64,000 nt of DNA from Candidatus Latescibacterota bacterium (lineage in GTDB: Bacteria > Latescibacterota > UBA2968 > UBA8231). Location: NCBI GenBank assembly GCA_965206595.1, contig OZ242214.1:1760001-1824000 (forward strand). Reading direction: 5' to 3'. Position 1 is the stretch's first letter. Every line of letters begins with the position of its first letter. This document shows, in pieces, positions 29,170 to 38,212 of this stretch. A model generated the notes under the pieces. The model saw only the letters and a program-made list of their open reading frames with translations. It ran no database searches and had not been told where the DNA came from. Both the position numbers and the translations under genes were made by a program.

Positions 29170-29538
29170 ATGAACCTTTTCCGCCGCCTCTTTGAGATCG
29201 GCCGCTCGCGGCTTCAGGATCGCCAGCCCGGGCAGGCACCCTGGTTCGAAGCGGATGGTTTCGGCGGGGACAAGCCCGATTCCAAGGGAAAGCGCACGGG
29301 CTCCGGTCCCAATGTCGACCCGGCTCTGGCCGAGTATTACGCAAACCTCGAATTGCCGTTTGGATCCGATCTGGAGACCGTGCGTGCCGCATGGCGCCGG
29401 ATGATGAAGCAATACCACCCTGACAGACATGCCCGGGACGAGGAGAAGCGCCGCATGGCGGGCGAGCTGACGGCGCGACTCACAAAGGCTTACAGGGAGC
29501 TTGAAACCGCGCTGTCAAACCGGGAGAAGGAGCATTGA
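29170..29538 (+). CDS. J-domain (DnaJ-like) protein
   Basis: YYANLEL...VRAAWRRMMKQYHPD..., ...LTKAY..L; HPD motif. Confidence 0.88.
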   Translation: MNLFRRLFEIGRSRLQDRQPGQAPWFEADGFGGDKPDSKGKRTGSGPNVDPALAEYYANLELPFGSDLETVRAAWRRMMKQYHPDRHARDEEKRRMAGELTARLTKAYRELETALSNREKEH

Positions 29539-29951
29539 TGTCGGAGCGCTTTGACATGGTCAAGGAATACGTCCTCGAGCTGGGTTTCGAAATCGACGAG
29601 GAAATCCCCGAGGAGGAGATCGTCATCATCAACGACCACGAGCGCGGCATTCACAACCTCGTCATCGACTGCGAAGAGTCGGTGCTCGTGCTCGAACAGT
29701 TGATCATGAAAATCGATACCGAAGCGGGGCAGGAGGTGTACCGACGAATTCTGCAGATGAACCGCGAGCTCGTGTTCGGGGCCTTCGTCCTCAACGATGC
29801 CGCCGATACCCTCTTGTACCGGAACACCCTCGCCCTCGGCACTCTCGATCTCAACGAGCTCGAAACCACCATCAACGCACTCAGTCTCGGCCTTGCCGAG
29901 AACGGGGAAGAGCTGCTGAGGTTCGCGGAACAGCTAGCGCCCGAAGCCTAG
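29538..29951 (+). CDS. YbjN / CesT-like chaperone-fold protein
   Basis: Acidic 137-aa protein with LQMNR.LVFGAF.L pattern, directly upstream of pspA. Confidence 0.75.
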   Translation: MSERFDMVKEYVLELGFEIDEEIPEEEIVIINDHERGIHNLVIDCEESVLVLEQLIMKIDTEAGQEVYRRILQMNRELVFGAFVLNDAADTLLYRNTLALGTLDLNELETTINALSLGLAENGEELLRFAEQLAPEA

Positions 29952-29971
29952 AACGAGAGGAGCAGCAACTC

Positions 29972-30679
29972 ATGGGGGGTATTTTCCAACGTCTTTTCAA
30001 AACCGGGCAGGCCGAGGCACATGCCCTTGTCGACAAGCTCGAGGATCCCATCAAGATCAGCGAGCAGGCGATCAGGGATCTCAAGAAGGATCTAACCGAC
30101 AGCCTCAAGAGTCTGGCCGAGGTCAAGGCCTTGGCCATTCGCATGGACAAGGATGCCGAAGACGCCAAACGGCTCGCAGGCGACTACGAGCGCAAGGCGA
30201 TGCTGCTGCTGCAGAAGGCGCAGTCCGGGGATATGGAAATGGTGGATGCCGAGCGCTTGGCCGGGGAAGCGCTGACCCGCAAGGAGGAGGGAACGACCAG
30301 AGCTCTTGAGTCGACCCGGCAGGCTCACGCCCAGCACGCGATGGTCGACAAGATCCAGGCCAACGTTAACGACATGAAGTCGAAGCTCGCGTCGTACGAA
30401 AACGACCTGACCATGCTCAAGGCCCGCGCGAAGACCGCGGACGCGACCCGGAAGATCAACCAGAGACTGGCCAACGTCGATTCTCGAGGCACAGTCGCCC
30501 TGCTGGAGCGTATGAAGGAAAAAGTGGACGAGCAGGAGTCGCTGGCGGAAGCGTATGGGGAGATGGCCGATTCCTCGCGCTCCGTCGACGACGAAATCGA
30601 CAAGGCCCTGACACAGGGCTCCTCCTCCAAGGCGGACGACTCGTTGGCCGATCTCAAGGCCAAAATGGGAATTTCGTAG
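29972..30679 (+). CDS. pspA: PspA/IM30 (bacterial ESCRT-III-like) family protein
   Basis: IFQRLF..., DKLEDP, QAIRD, long coiled coil, ERM.EKV...E..AEA, L..LKAKMG. Confidence 0.93.
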   Translation: MGGIFQRLFKTGQAEAHALVDKLEDPIKISEQAIRDLKKDLTDSLKSLAEVKALAIRMDKDAEDAKRLAGDYERKAMLLLQKAQSGDMEMVDAERLAGEALTRKEEGTTRALESTRQAHAQHAMVDKIQANVNDMKSKLASYENDLTMLKARAKTADATRKINQRLANVDSRGTVALLERMKEKVDEQESLAEAYGEMADSSRSVDDEIDKALTQGSSSKADDSLADLKAKMGIS

Positions 30680-30792
30680 CTCTGCGGCGGGTAGACTTCC
30701 ACCTTTCTTCCTGATATCGCCGTTCCCACTTCATTGTCGGGCGCTCCTGCGATGGATGGCGTCCTTCCCAGCGGCCTTTCCCGCGATCTCCC

Positions 30793-32469
30793 ATGAGACC
30801 CCTGTCGCGGAGGGCCTTCCTGCGGGCTTTGGCCGGTGGTATGGCCCTCGGCTGTGGAAGCGCCGGAGACAGGCCAAACCGCACTTTCGGGATCCCAGGA
30901 GAGATCGCCAACGCAAACTCGGCGCAACGCGGGCATCTGCTGCGCTCACGCCACGCACCCGAGGATTTTCCTGCTGTCGCGGGGCCGGCCCTCGATGTCG
31001 CCATCGTGGGTGGCGGTGTCTCTGGACTGGCCGCGGCCTGGAAGTTGAAGGCCGCGGGGGTTGACCGGCTCTGTCTGTTCGAGTTGGAACCCCGGACCGG
31101 TGGAACCTCGATGTCCGGGTCGACCGACGGCCGGGTTTTTCCGTGGGGAGCCCACTACATCAACATCCCACCTGCGGAAGCCGATTGCATCCACGAGTTG
31201 CTCGCCGACATCGGGGTCATTGCCGGGTACGACGCCGCCGGAAGGCCGCGGGTGAATCCGGAGCACCTCGTCAAATTCCCGCGCGAGCGGCTCTTCCTCG
31301 AAGGGGACTGGAAAGAAGGGCTCGACCCGCTCCGCAACGCCAGCTCCGAAGCGGTGGAACAGGGGCGCGAGTTCGAGGACGAGATGCTGCGCTGGACGAT
31401 TCTGGCAGGACGCGACGGGCGCCGCGGCTTCGCAATGCCGGCTGCCTACAGCACCGCGGATTCGGCGGTCCGTGATCTGGACCGGATATCGATGGCCGAC
31501 TACATGGAAAGCCGGAAGTGGACGGCCGCGCCGCTGCGCTGGCTGGTAGACTTCTGTTGCAGGGATGACTACGGCTGTCTCAGCAGCGATGTCTCGGCCT
31601 GGGCCGGGATCCACTATTTCGCATGCCGGCTCTACGACCCGCGGATCTCCGAGCAGTACCCCAGCGACACCCTGACCTGGGAACAGGGAAACGGCTACCT
31701 GACTGAGGCGTTGGCGAGCCGATTGATGCCTGAAGAACTGCGCACCCAGACCGCAGTGGTGGCCATCGGACCCGCTTCCGAAGGGGCCGAGCTTGCCTGC
31801 GTCGACGTAGTATCGGGCCGGCGTTACCGGGTGCGTTCCCGCTCTGTCGTCTATGCCGGCAAGCTGCACACGGCTCCTTTCGTCGTCCCGGAAATGCCTG
31901 CGGAGCAGCGCCGTGCGATGTCGCGGTTGCGCTACTCTCCCTGGCTGGTCGCTGCCCTGCACCTGAACAAGGTTGGCGCCGCCGACCTGTCGCCCGCCCG
32001 GGTGGCATGGGACAACGTCCTTTTCGATGGGCCCTCCGTCGGCTACCTCGACGCCGGCCATCAGGGACCGGTGTCGCACCGTGGGAGGACCCTGGTCTAC
32101 TACAGGCCGTTCGCCCGCGATCCGGAAAAGGACCGCCGCTCCCTGCTACACCGGGGCCACAGGTTCTGGGCGGACGCTGTGATGTCCGACCTGACTGCGG
32201 CTCACCCCGAACTCGAGGACCTCGTCGAGCGCCTGGACCTCTACCTGTGGGGACACGCAATGGTGAGGCCGGAAGCCAACGTCATGTGGGGCAAGGACCT
32301 TCAGCTCAGAAAGCTCCGTTGCGGCGCCATCTGCTTCGCCACATGCGACGTGTCCGGACTTCCCCTGTTTGAAGAGGCGGCCTTCCACGGGATGCGCGCA
32401 GCCGAGGAGTGTCTCGATCTTCTCGATATCCCCTACGAGACCTCCCTGAAAGGGTTGCCCCGTGCCTGA
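30793..32469 (+). CDS. Tat-exported (lipo)protein FAD-dependent oxidoreductase, amine oxidase/protoporphyrinogen oxidase-like
   Basis: SRRAFL Tat motif, ALGC lipobox, GGGVSGLAAA dinucleotide fold, WGAHY, RDDYG, WGHAMVRP, FEEA. Confidence 0.85.
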   Translation: MRPLSRRAFLRALAGGMALGCGSAGDRPNRTFGIPGEIANANSAQRGHLLRSRHAPEDFPAVAGPALDVAIVGGGVSGLAAAWKLKAAGVDRLCLFELEPRTGGTSMSGSTDGRVFPWGAHYINIPPAEADCIHELLADIGVIAGYDAAGRPRVNPEHLVKFPRERLFLEGDWKEGLDPLRNASSEAVEQGREFEDEMLRWTILAGRDGRRGFAMPAAYSTADSAVRDLDRISMADYMESRKWTAAPLRWLVDFCCRDDYGCLSSDVSAWAGIHYFACRLYDPRISEQYPSDTLTWEQGNGYLTEALASRLMPEELRTQTAVVAIGPASEGAELACVDVVSGRRYRVRSRSVVYAGKLHTAPFVVPEMPAEQRRAMSRLRYSPWLVAALHLNKVGAADLSPARVAWDNVLFDGPSVGYLDAGHQGPVSHRGRTLVYYRPFARDPEKDRRSLLHRGHRFWADAVMSDLTAAHPELEDLVERLDLYLWGHAMVRPEANVMWGKDLQLRKLRCGAICFATCDVSGLPLFEEAAFHGMRAAEECLDLLDIPYETSLKGLPRA

Positions 32470-34015
32470 CGAGGCGCCCCCTCCATCCGCCGAAAGCGCC
32501 ACATCTACCCTCGGCGTAGCGGTGCTGCTCGCATCGGTTTTCGCCGCGTCGGGCTGCGCCATTATCTACGAGCTGCTCATCGGCACCATTTCTTCCTACT
32601 TCCTCGGCGACAGCGTCGAACAGTTTTCGCTGACGATCGGCTTCTTTCTGGCCGCAATGGGAGCAGGTTCCTGGGCCTCAAGGCTTTGCGAGCGCGACCT
32701 TCTGGCCAAGTTCATATCCATCGAGCTCTGTCTCGGGCTGGCTGGAGGGTGTTCGGTGCCGGCTTTATACGCGGTCTACTCGTATTCGGGACAGTACCGC
32801 TACTGGATGATCCTCTTCATTCTGGCCATCGGGGGCATGGTCGGACTGGAGTTGCCGCTGCTGGCGCGCATCCTGAGGCAGTACGGAACCCTGAGGCAGG
32901 TGCTGGCGGATCTGCTGTCCCTCGACTACCTCGGCTCGCTGATCGCCGCCCTGCTCTTTCCCTATCTGCTGCTGCCCCTTCTCGGGACGTTCGACACCGC
33001 GCTCGTCACCGGGGGTATCAACGTCGGTATCGGGGTGGCCCTGCTGGTCGCGTTTCGCGGTGCGCTGAACGGGAGGCGCAAGCGCTTGCTCGCACTGCAA
33101 TCCGTCCTGTTCGCGGCGGTGCTCGGGGGCCTTCTTCTGCGCGCGGAGGCACTGCGTGAGCGCTGGGAAAGCAATCTATACAGTGACCGTATCGTCTACA
33201 GCGTTCAATCCCCGTATCAGAGGGTGGTGCTGACGGAGTGGAAGGAGGAGATCAGCCTGTTCCTCGACGGACATCTGCAGTTCTCTTCCACCGACGAGTA
33301 CCGCTATCACGAGGCCCTCGTCCACCCCGCGATGTCCCTGGCCAGCAGCCGGGAAAGGGTGCTGATCGTCGGCGGCGGGGACGGCCTTTCGGCACGCGAG
33401 GTATTGAAGTATCCCGACGTCGCGGAGGTCGATCTGGTCGACATCGATCAGGCTGTGACCAACCTCGCCCGCCGCGACGTGCGCATGACGAATCTCAATC
33501 GCAATGCCCTGAACCGTTCCCAAGTCCGCATCCTCAACGAGGACGCATTCCTGTTCATCCAGCAGGAGCAGATCCCCTACGGGGTCATCATCGTCGACCT
33601 GCCCGATCCCCGGTTCGATTCGCTGAGCAAGCTGTATTCCGTCGAAGGGTACCGTCTTCTCAAGAGGCATCTGGCTCGGGGAGGGATGCTGGTTACGCAG
33701 GCGACCAGTCCGTATTTCACGAGGAAGACCTTCTGGAGCATCGGAAAAACTCTGGCCGAGTCCGGGTTGCGCGCCGTTCCATACCACGTGCCGGTGCCGT
33801 CCCTGGGGGAATGGGGTTTTTTCCTCGCCGCAGATGCCGCCCTTCCTCCCTTGACGGAGGCACCCCTTGTCGTGCCGACAAGCTACCTGCGGCCGGAAAT
33901 GTTGCGGCCAATGACGGTTTTTCCGCCAGACATGAGACCGGTGGAGGTGGAGGCGAATCACCTGGACCGGCCTCTCCTGGCGCAGTACTATAGGGAGGAC
34001 TGGGGTCACTGGTAG
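32462..34015 (+). CDS. speE: Membrane-bound polyamine aminopropyltransferase (spermidine synthase with N-terminal TM domain)
   Basis: About 7 N-terminal TMs; SPYQ, LDG.LQFSS.DEYRYHE.LVHP, GGGDG, VDID, IVDLPDP. Confidence 0.92.
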   Translation: MPDEAPPPSAESATSTLGVAVLLASVFAASGCAIIYELLIGTISSYFLGDSVEQFSLTIGFFLAAMGAGSWASRLCERDLLAKFISIELCLGLAGGCSVPALYAVYSYSGQYRYWMILFILAIGGMVGLELPLLARILRQYGTLRQVLADLLSLDYLGSLIAALLFPYLLLPLLGTFDTALVTGGINVGIGVALLVAFRGALNGRRKRLLALQSVLFAAVLGGLLLRAEALRERWESNLYSDRIVYSVQSPYQRVVLTEWKEEISLFLDGHLQFSSTDEYRYHEALVHPAMSLASSRERVLIVGGGDGLSAREVLKYPDVAEVDLVDIDQAVTNLARRDVRMTNLNRNALNRSQVRILNEDAFLFIQQEQIPYGVIIVDLPDPRFDSLSKLYSVEGYRLLKRHLARGGMLVTQATSPYFTRKTFWSIGKTLAESGLRAVPYHVPVPSLGEWGFFLAADAALPPLTEAPLVVPTSYLRPEMLRPMTVFPPDMRPVEVEANHLDRPLLAQYYREDWGHW

Positions 34016-34089
34016 GGTTCGGGCCGATTCCTCCTGGAGCTCTCCCGTTGCTTTATCCCTAACCCGGATGTGGGCGTGTTCGAATCGAT

Positions 34090-34644
34090 ATGGTGAGTTT
34101 CAAAAAGCTGTGGCGTCGCGACAAAGAGCCTGAGGTCGACCCGCTGGTCGACTACACTCTCGACAAGATGAGGATCGGCTTTTTCGTCGACTACGATCTC
34201 CAGACCTTGGAGGTGACCGCTATCTCCGAGTACAATTACGATGGCTTGGAGACGAAAGAGTGGCAGCTTACCGGCGGAAGTCAGGTGCGCTTTCTCGAGC
34301 GCGTTGCCGAGGACGGCAAGGTGGAGTGGACCCTGACCCGGCGCATTCCCCTGCGCGATGTCGAGGGGAACGTCGCCGGGACCATCCTCGACGAAGGGGA
34401 ACCCCCTGAGCAGGTCTGGTTCGAAGACATCGAGTACGCCGCGGTCGAATCCGGGTCCGGGTCAATGATCGAGACAACGGGGGACTCGGGAGCGTCGGAT
34501 GCGCGTGAGTTCGTCAGTTGGAGCTACGAAGGAGAGGGCGCGCGCGTCCTCTACGTCGTCCAGTCCGGGGACCGCGACTTTACCGCTTACGAAGGTGAGT
34601 ATGTCGAAGAGTACCAGTTCACCAACATCCTGCCTGCCGGCTGA
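34090..34644 (+). CDS. DUF4178-like protein
   Basis: Acidic beta-rich protein (EW.L, E.G.G, W.Y) in the typical PspA/DUF350 context. Confidence 0.65.
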   Translation: MVSFKKLWRRDKEPEVDPLVDYTLDKMRIGFFVDYDLQTLEVTAISEYNYDGLETKEWQLTGGSQVRFLERVAEDGKVEWTLTRRIPLRDVEGNVAGTILDEGEPPEQVWFEDIEYAAVESGSGSMIETTGDSGASDAREFVSWSYEGEGARVLYVVQSGDRDFTAYEGEYVEEYQFTNILPAG

Positions 34645-35398
34645 TCCCACCCCGATTGCTTCCGGGGCGGCCCCACGCCGGGACCGCGGCGCCTGCGGCC
34701 TGCTTCGGGTCGTAGGGGTTAGCCTCTGTTTTGCGGGCATCTTCAGCTGCGGCAGGTCTTCCGATCCGGTGGACAGCCTGATCCGCGATCTGGGCCGTTA
34801 TCCGGAGTACTCCCTCATCGTCGACGACCTGCGCGTCGACGACGGTTTTTTCCCCGACTATTTCATTCGCTTCAGAGTGCTGACCGCCTCTGGACAGCGG
34901 ATTGCGGGGCGGGACACCCTCGTTTACAAACCGAAAACCACGGAGTGGATGGAGGTTCCCGGGGAGACCTTCGCCCGCTACGAGCATTACCTGGGCATGG
35001 TGGTGTCGTCGAAAACCCCTGACGGCCGAACCACCGGGGTCAGGCAGGCTCATCCTCCGGGGTACCAGTATGTCGGCAATTCCCAATACGGACACTGGGG
35101 AGGCGGGGGATTCTGGCAGTTTTACGGCCAGTACGCCTTCATGAGCCAGATGCTGGGGGGATGGAACATCGGCCGGGGCGACTATCAGAACTACCGGCGC
35201 AACTACGAGCGCGGGCGTCCGTACTTCGGACCCAAGGAAGGGGGACGGCAGGCCTTCGGCACACGCGGAAGCGTGACGCAGAAGACGCGTCCCAATTTTT
35301 ACAATCGCTACCGCCAGCGTGTAAGCTCCGGGGGCCGCGGCTTCGGCACGCGTGCGCGGAGCGCCTCCACGCGAGGTGGATTCGGCCGGGGAAAATGA
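34601..35398 (+). CDS. Putative lipoprotein with Gly/Arg/Tyr-rich C-terminus
   Basis: Hydrophobic stretch plus IFSC lipobox; PPGYQYVGN..YG.W..FWQFYGQY; ends RGGFGRGK. Start uncertain. Confidence 0.7.
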   Translation: MSKSTSSPTSCLPADPTPIASGAAPRRDRGACGLLRVVGVSLCFAGIFSCGRSSDPVDSLIRDLGRYPEYSLIVDDLRVDDGFFPDYFIRFRVLTASGQRIAGRDTLVYKPKTTEWMEVPGETFARYEHYLGMVVSSKTPDGRTTGVRQAHPPGYQYVGNSQYGHWGGGGFWQFYGQYAFMSQMLGGWNIGRGDYQNYRRNYERGRPYFGPKEGGRQAFGTRGSVTQKTRPNFYNRYRQRVSSGGRGFGTRARSASTRGGFGRGK

Positions 35399-35473
35399 AA
35401 TGTCCGGAAATCAAGTGATAAGGCTCGGAACAATCCGAGGTTCGGCTGACAGCCGGGGAAGGATTTGGTCGGC

Positions 35474-36319
35474 ATGGCGGAACAACTGAGCTTCATGGCC
35501 CGCTCCGCGGTCTACATCCTCGAAGCATTCGTGCTGATGTGGATCGCCAAGTTCGCCTATACCCGCATCTACCGGCGGGTCTCCCTGAAGGATGAGATCT
35601 TCGGGCGCTCCAACAGCGCCCTCGCGGTTTCCACCGCCGGGTACCTGCTCGGGATCGCCATCGCCCTCGGCGGCGTGCTCTCCGGCCCTTCCGCGGGCTG
35701 GCAGGCCGACTTGACCTCCATCGCGCTTTTCGGCCTGCAGACGGTGGCGATGATGCTGGTCGCCAGCTTCACCTGCGAAAAGCTGCTGCTTCCACATTTC
35801 GACAATACCAAGGAGGTCGTCGAGGACCAGAACCTCGGTACCGCCTTCGTCGAGGCGGGATTGCATATCGCCAACGGGCTGATTCTTCTGTCCATACAGC
35901 AGGGGGCGGGACCCTGGTTGACCGGAATCGCGTTCTGGGCAATTGCCCAGGTCGTTATGCTGCTGGCGGGACTGCTGTACGAATGGACCACCCCGCACAG
36001 CATCCACGACGAGCTCGAGCGCGACAACGCTGCGGTAGGTCTTGCTTTCGGCGGCGTTCTGATAGGCATGGGGAACATCGTCAGCATCTCGGTCGGTGGC
36101 GATTTCGCAGGGTGGGCGGAGAGCCTGAAATTGTTCGCCGTGGATGTCCTGTTCGGTTTGGTCGCTCTCTACATCATCAAGAAACTGACCGATCTGCTCC
36201 TCGCCCCCGGGGTGAGTCTTGCCGGGGAACAGACCGCGGAGACTCCGAGGATCGGAGCGGGATTGCTGGAGGCGTTCGGATACGTAGGCGGGTCGATGCT
36301 TATCGTCTGGGTCTTCTGA
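35474..36319 (+). CDS. DUF350 family membrane protein (tandem DUF350 repeats)
   Basis: Repeated EI....N.A.A.. / E..RDN.AVG pattern between TM pairs. Confidence 0.85.
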   Translation: MAEQLSFMARSAVYILEAFVLMWIAKFAYTRIYRRVSLKDEIFGRSNSALAVSTAGYLLGIAIALGGVLSGPSAGWQADLTSIALFGLQTVAMMLVASFTCEKLLLPHFDNTKEVVEDQNLGTAFVEAGLHIANGLILLSIQQGAGPWLTGIAFWAIAQVVMLLAGLLYEWTTPHSIHDELERDNAAVGLAFGGVLIGMGNIVSISVGGDFAGWAESLKLFAVDVLFGLVALYIIKKLTDLLLAPGVSLAGEQTAETPRIGAGLLEAFGYVGGSMLIVWVF

Positions 36320-36436
36320 TTCCCGCTCTGGTTTCCGCTTTCCGCTTTTCTGTAGCCGAAACCCGGGACGGGTCGCCTCGACCCTAACTGAAGTTCCCGA
36401 AACAGGAACTGCGAGCGTGATGTTTGCAGGCGATTA

Positions 36437-36477
36437 CCCCCCCCACCCCCGGAACAGGTCCCCGGGGGTGGGGGGGG
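36437..36477. terminator. 16-bp perfect poly-C/poly-G inverted repeat between convergent genes
   Basis: ccccccccacccccgg - 9-nt loop - ccgggggtgggggggg. Confidence 0.55.
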
Positions 36478-36515
36478 CGAACTTCGATACATGACAGGCG
36501 GTATTTCTCCGGCCT

Positions 36516-37529
36516 CTAAAGGCATGGTCTCCTGCTCAGGTGGCGCTGGATGAAGAAACCAGGGCCTCCGAAAGCTAGGTACGTCGCCGTGGAAATGGCG
36601 TGCAGGACGGTGGCGCATGCGAGGGCGGAGGTTAGCGGAACCGAGTACAGCAGGTTCAGGGCTTCCGTGAAAAAGAAGTGGTATGATCCGATTCCCCCCG
36701 ACGTAGGCATGACCATCCCCAGCGAGGAGATCGCCGAGACTACGAAGCAAGCCAATATGCCCAAGAAATGGGGAGATTCGTCGAATCCGAAGGCGAGGAA
36801 GGCCTGGTAGATCATCAGCAGGTACCCGGCATTCAGCAGCAGCGAAGCGATCATGATTTCCGTGTACGCAGACCGGGCGTGCAGTGCCTGAAGCCCGTGC
36901 ACGAACGTATCGAGGAAGCCGGTAACCCTTTCAGCCAGCCGGTGCGACAGCTGGTCGAGGATGGTGTGGACTAAGGCGACGGCCCTGTCGCGGTACACGG
37001 AAACCGCTATCAGCAGGATCAGGCTCACCATACAACCGACCAAGGCCAGCAGCGCGAGCGGCTCCATCCAGGGAAAGGTTTTCTCGTTCTGTCCGCGCAG
37101 CAGCAGTATGGTTGCTCCGATCAGGAAAACCAGCCAGAACATGTCGAGGGTGCGTTCGACGACCACCGTTCCCAGAACGGAGCCGATGCTGACTCCGCGT
37201 CTCCAGTTGAGACTCAGCGCTCGCAAAGCCTCCCCCGAGCGGGGAAGGATGGTGTTGCCGGCGTAGCAGATAAGGAGGGCGAGGCAGGCGTCCAGCAGGG
37301 TGACCTCGCGTGTGAACGGTCGCATCAGCGCGATCCAGCGCCAAGCGCGCAGGGCGATGGTGCCGAGTGTAGTCGCGACGATGACGGCGACCCAGGGTGC
37401 GGAGATCAGCTTGACCGACTCCCACAAGGCGCGCGAGTCGATCCCCCGGAAAGCCCAGTACAGGAACATCCCCATGAGCCCCAGGCTGAGAAGGTAGCGC
37501 GCCAGCCGTTTGATTGATGAAGCGATCAC
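36516..37529 (-). CDS. Lysylphosphatidylglycerol synthase TM-domain protein (UPF0104/flippase-like)
   Basis: LRAWRW, N..LPR.GE..R, GTVVVER..D, P..GGIG.YH motifs. Confidence 0.88.
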   Translation of the reverse strand: MIASSIKRLARYLLSLGLMGMFLYWAFRGIDSRALWESVKLISAPWVAVIVATTLGTIALRAWRWIALMRPFTREVTLLDACLALLICYAGNTILPRSGEALRALSLNWRRGVSIGSVLGTVVVERTLDMFWLVFLIGATILLLRGQNEKTFPWMEPLALLALVGCMVSLILLIAVSVYRDRAVALVHTILDQLSHRLAERVTGFLDTFVHGLQALHARSAYTEIMIASLLLNAGYLLMIYQAFLAFGFDESPHFLGILACFVVSAISSLGMVMPTSGGIGSYHFFFTEALNLLYSVPLTSALACATVLHAISTATYLAFGGPGFFIQRHLSRRPCL

Positions 37530-37822
37530 CAGATAGGGCCCCCCCGTGTTTGCCTCAGCGCGACGCCGGGGTCACGAGGGTTATCGCCGAACTGTCGGGA
37601 GACCGGCCAGGAGCCTGGGCACCCCGATTGGGGGTTCCGCAAAGGGAATTCGGGAAGCAGGTAAAGGAGAAAAAGGAGACAACCGTTTTGGTACGCGCGA
37701 TTAGGCGCAGATGGCCGCTGCTGTGTTGAAGGGGGAAATCGCGGTTCAATCCAACCGTATCTTTCGTGCGATTCGCCCCATCTCTTTCGGCGTCCTCCCT
37801 GCCCGGACACCAAACGATGAAA

Positions 37823-38212
37823 CTAGCGCTTGCGGTAGACTTCGTCTGGATCGAAAACCTGCTTGTCTTCGACGACCCATCTCTGGATTCCCTCGTCCCA
37901 ACGCCGGTAATAGCAGGAATAGTAGCCGTATGCGCAGGCTGCCACTATCTGTCGCACCCTGATTTCGAGGGAGTTGTTGTCGCAGTTGATGCGTATCTCC
38001 TCGACCTCCTGCACGTGGCCCGAGTCGACTCCCTTGGGAAAAACCTCTTCCCGGGAACGCCGAAATACGTGCACCCTCCCCTCTGCGAGTGTCTTCTCGA
38101 GGGCCTCGGCGTTCATGTAGCAGAGAACGAGCAGGCGTCCCGACTCGCAGTCGGTTACCGCTGCCGCGACCAGACCTGAAGAATCGAATCGGACCTGGTC
38201 AACCAGAGACAT
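37823..38212 (-). CDS. hisI: Phosphoribosyl-AMP cyclohydrolase (divergent)
   Basis: GLV.A.V.D..SG..L...YMN.EAL..T, RSR...KG..SGH.Q, CD...AC..G..SC. Confidence 0.8.
   Translation of the reverse strand: MSLVDQVRFDSSGLVAAAVTDCESGRLLVLCYMNAEALEKTLAEGRVHVFRRSREEVFPKGVDSGHVQEVEEIRINCDNNSLEIRVRQIVAACAYGYYSCYYRRWDEGIQRWVVEDKQVFDPDEVYRKR

Noticed and set aside
27297-29171. 624-aa antisense ORF, and similar long shadow ORFs (41285-43243, 16922-18373, 24876-26108, 15198-16478)
   Set aside because: They overlap well-supported genes, have Arg/Pro/Gly-skewed or antisense-typical composition, and are expected in high-GC DNA.
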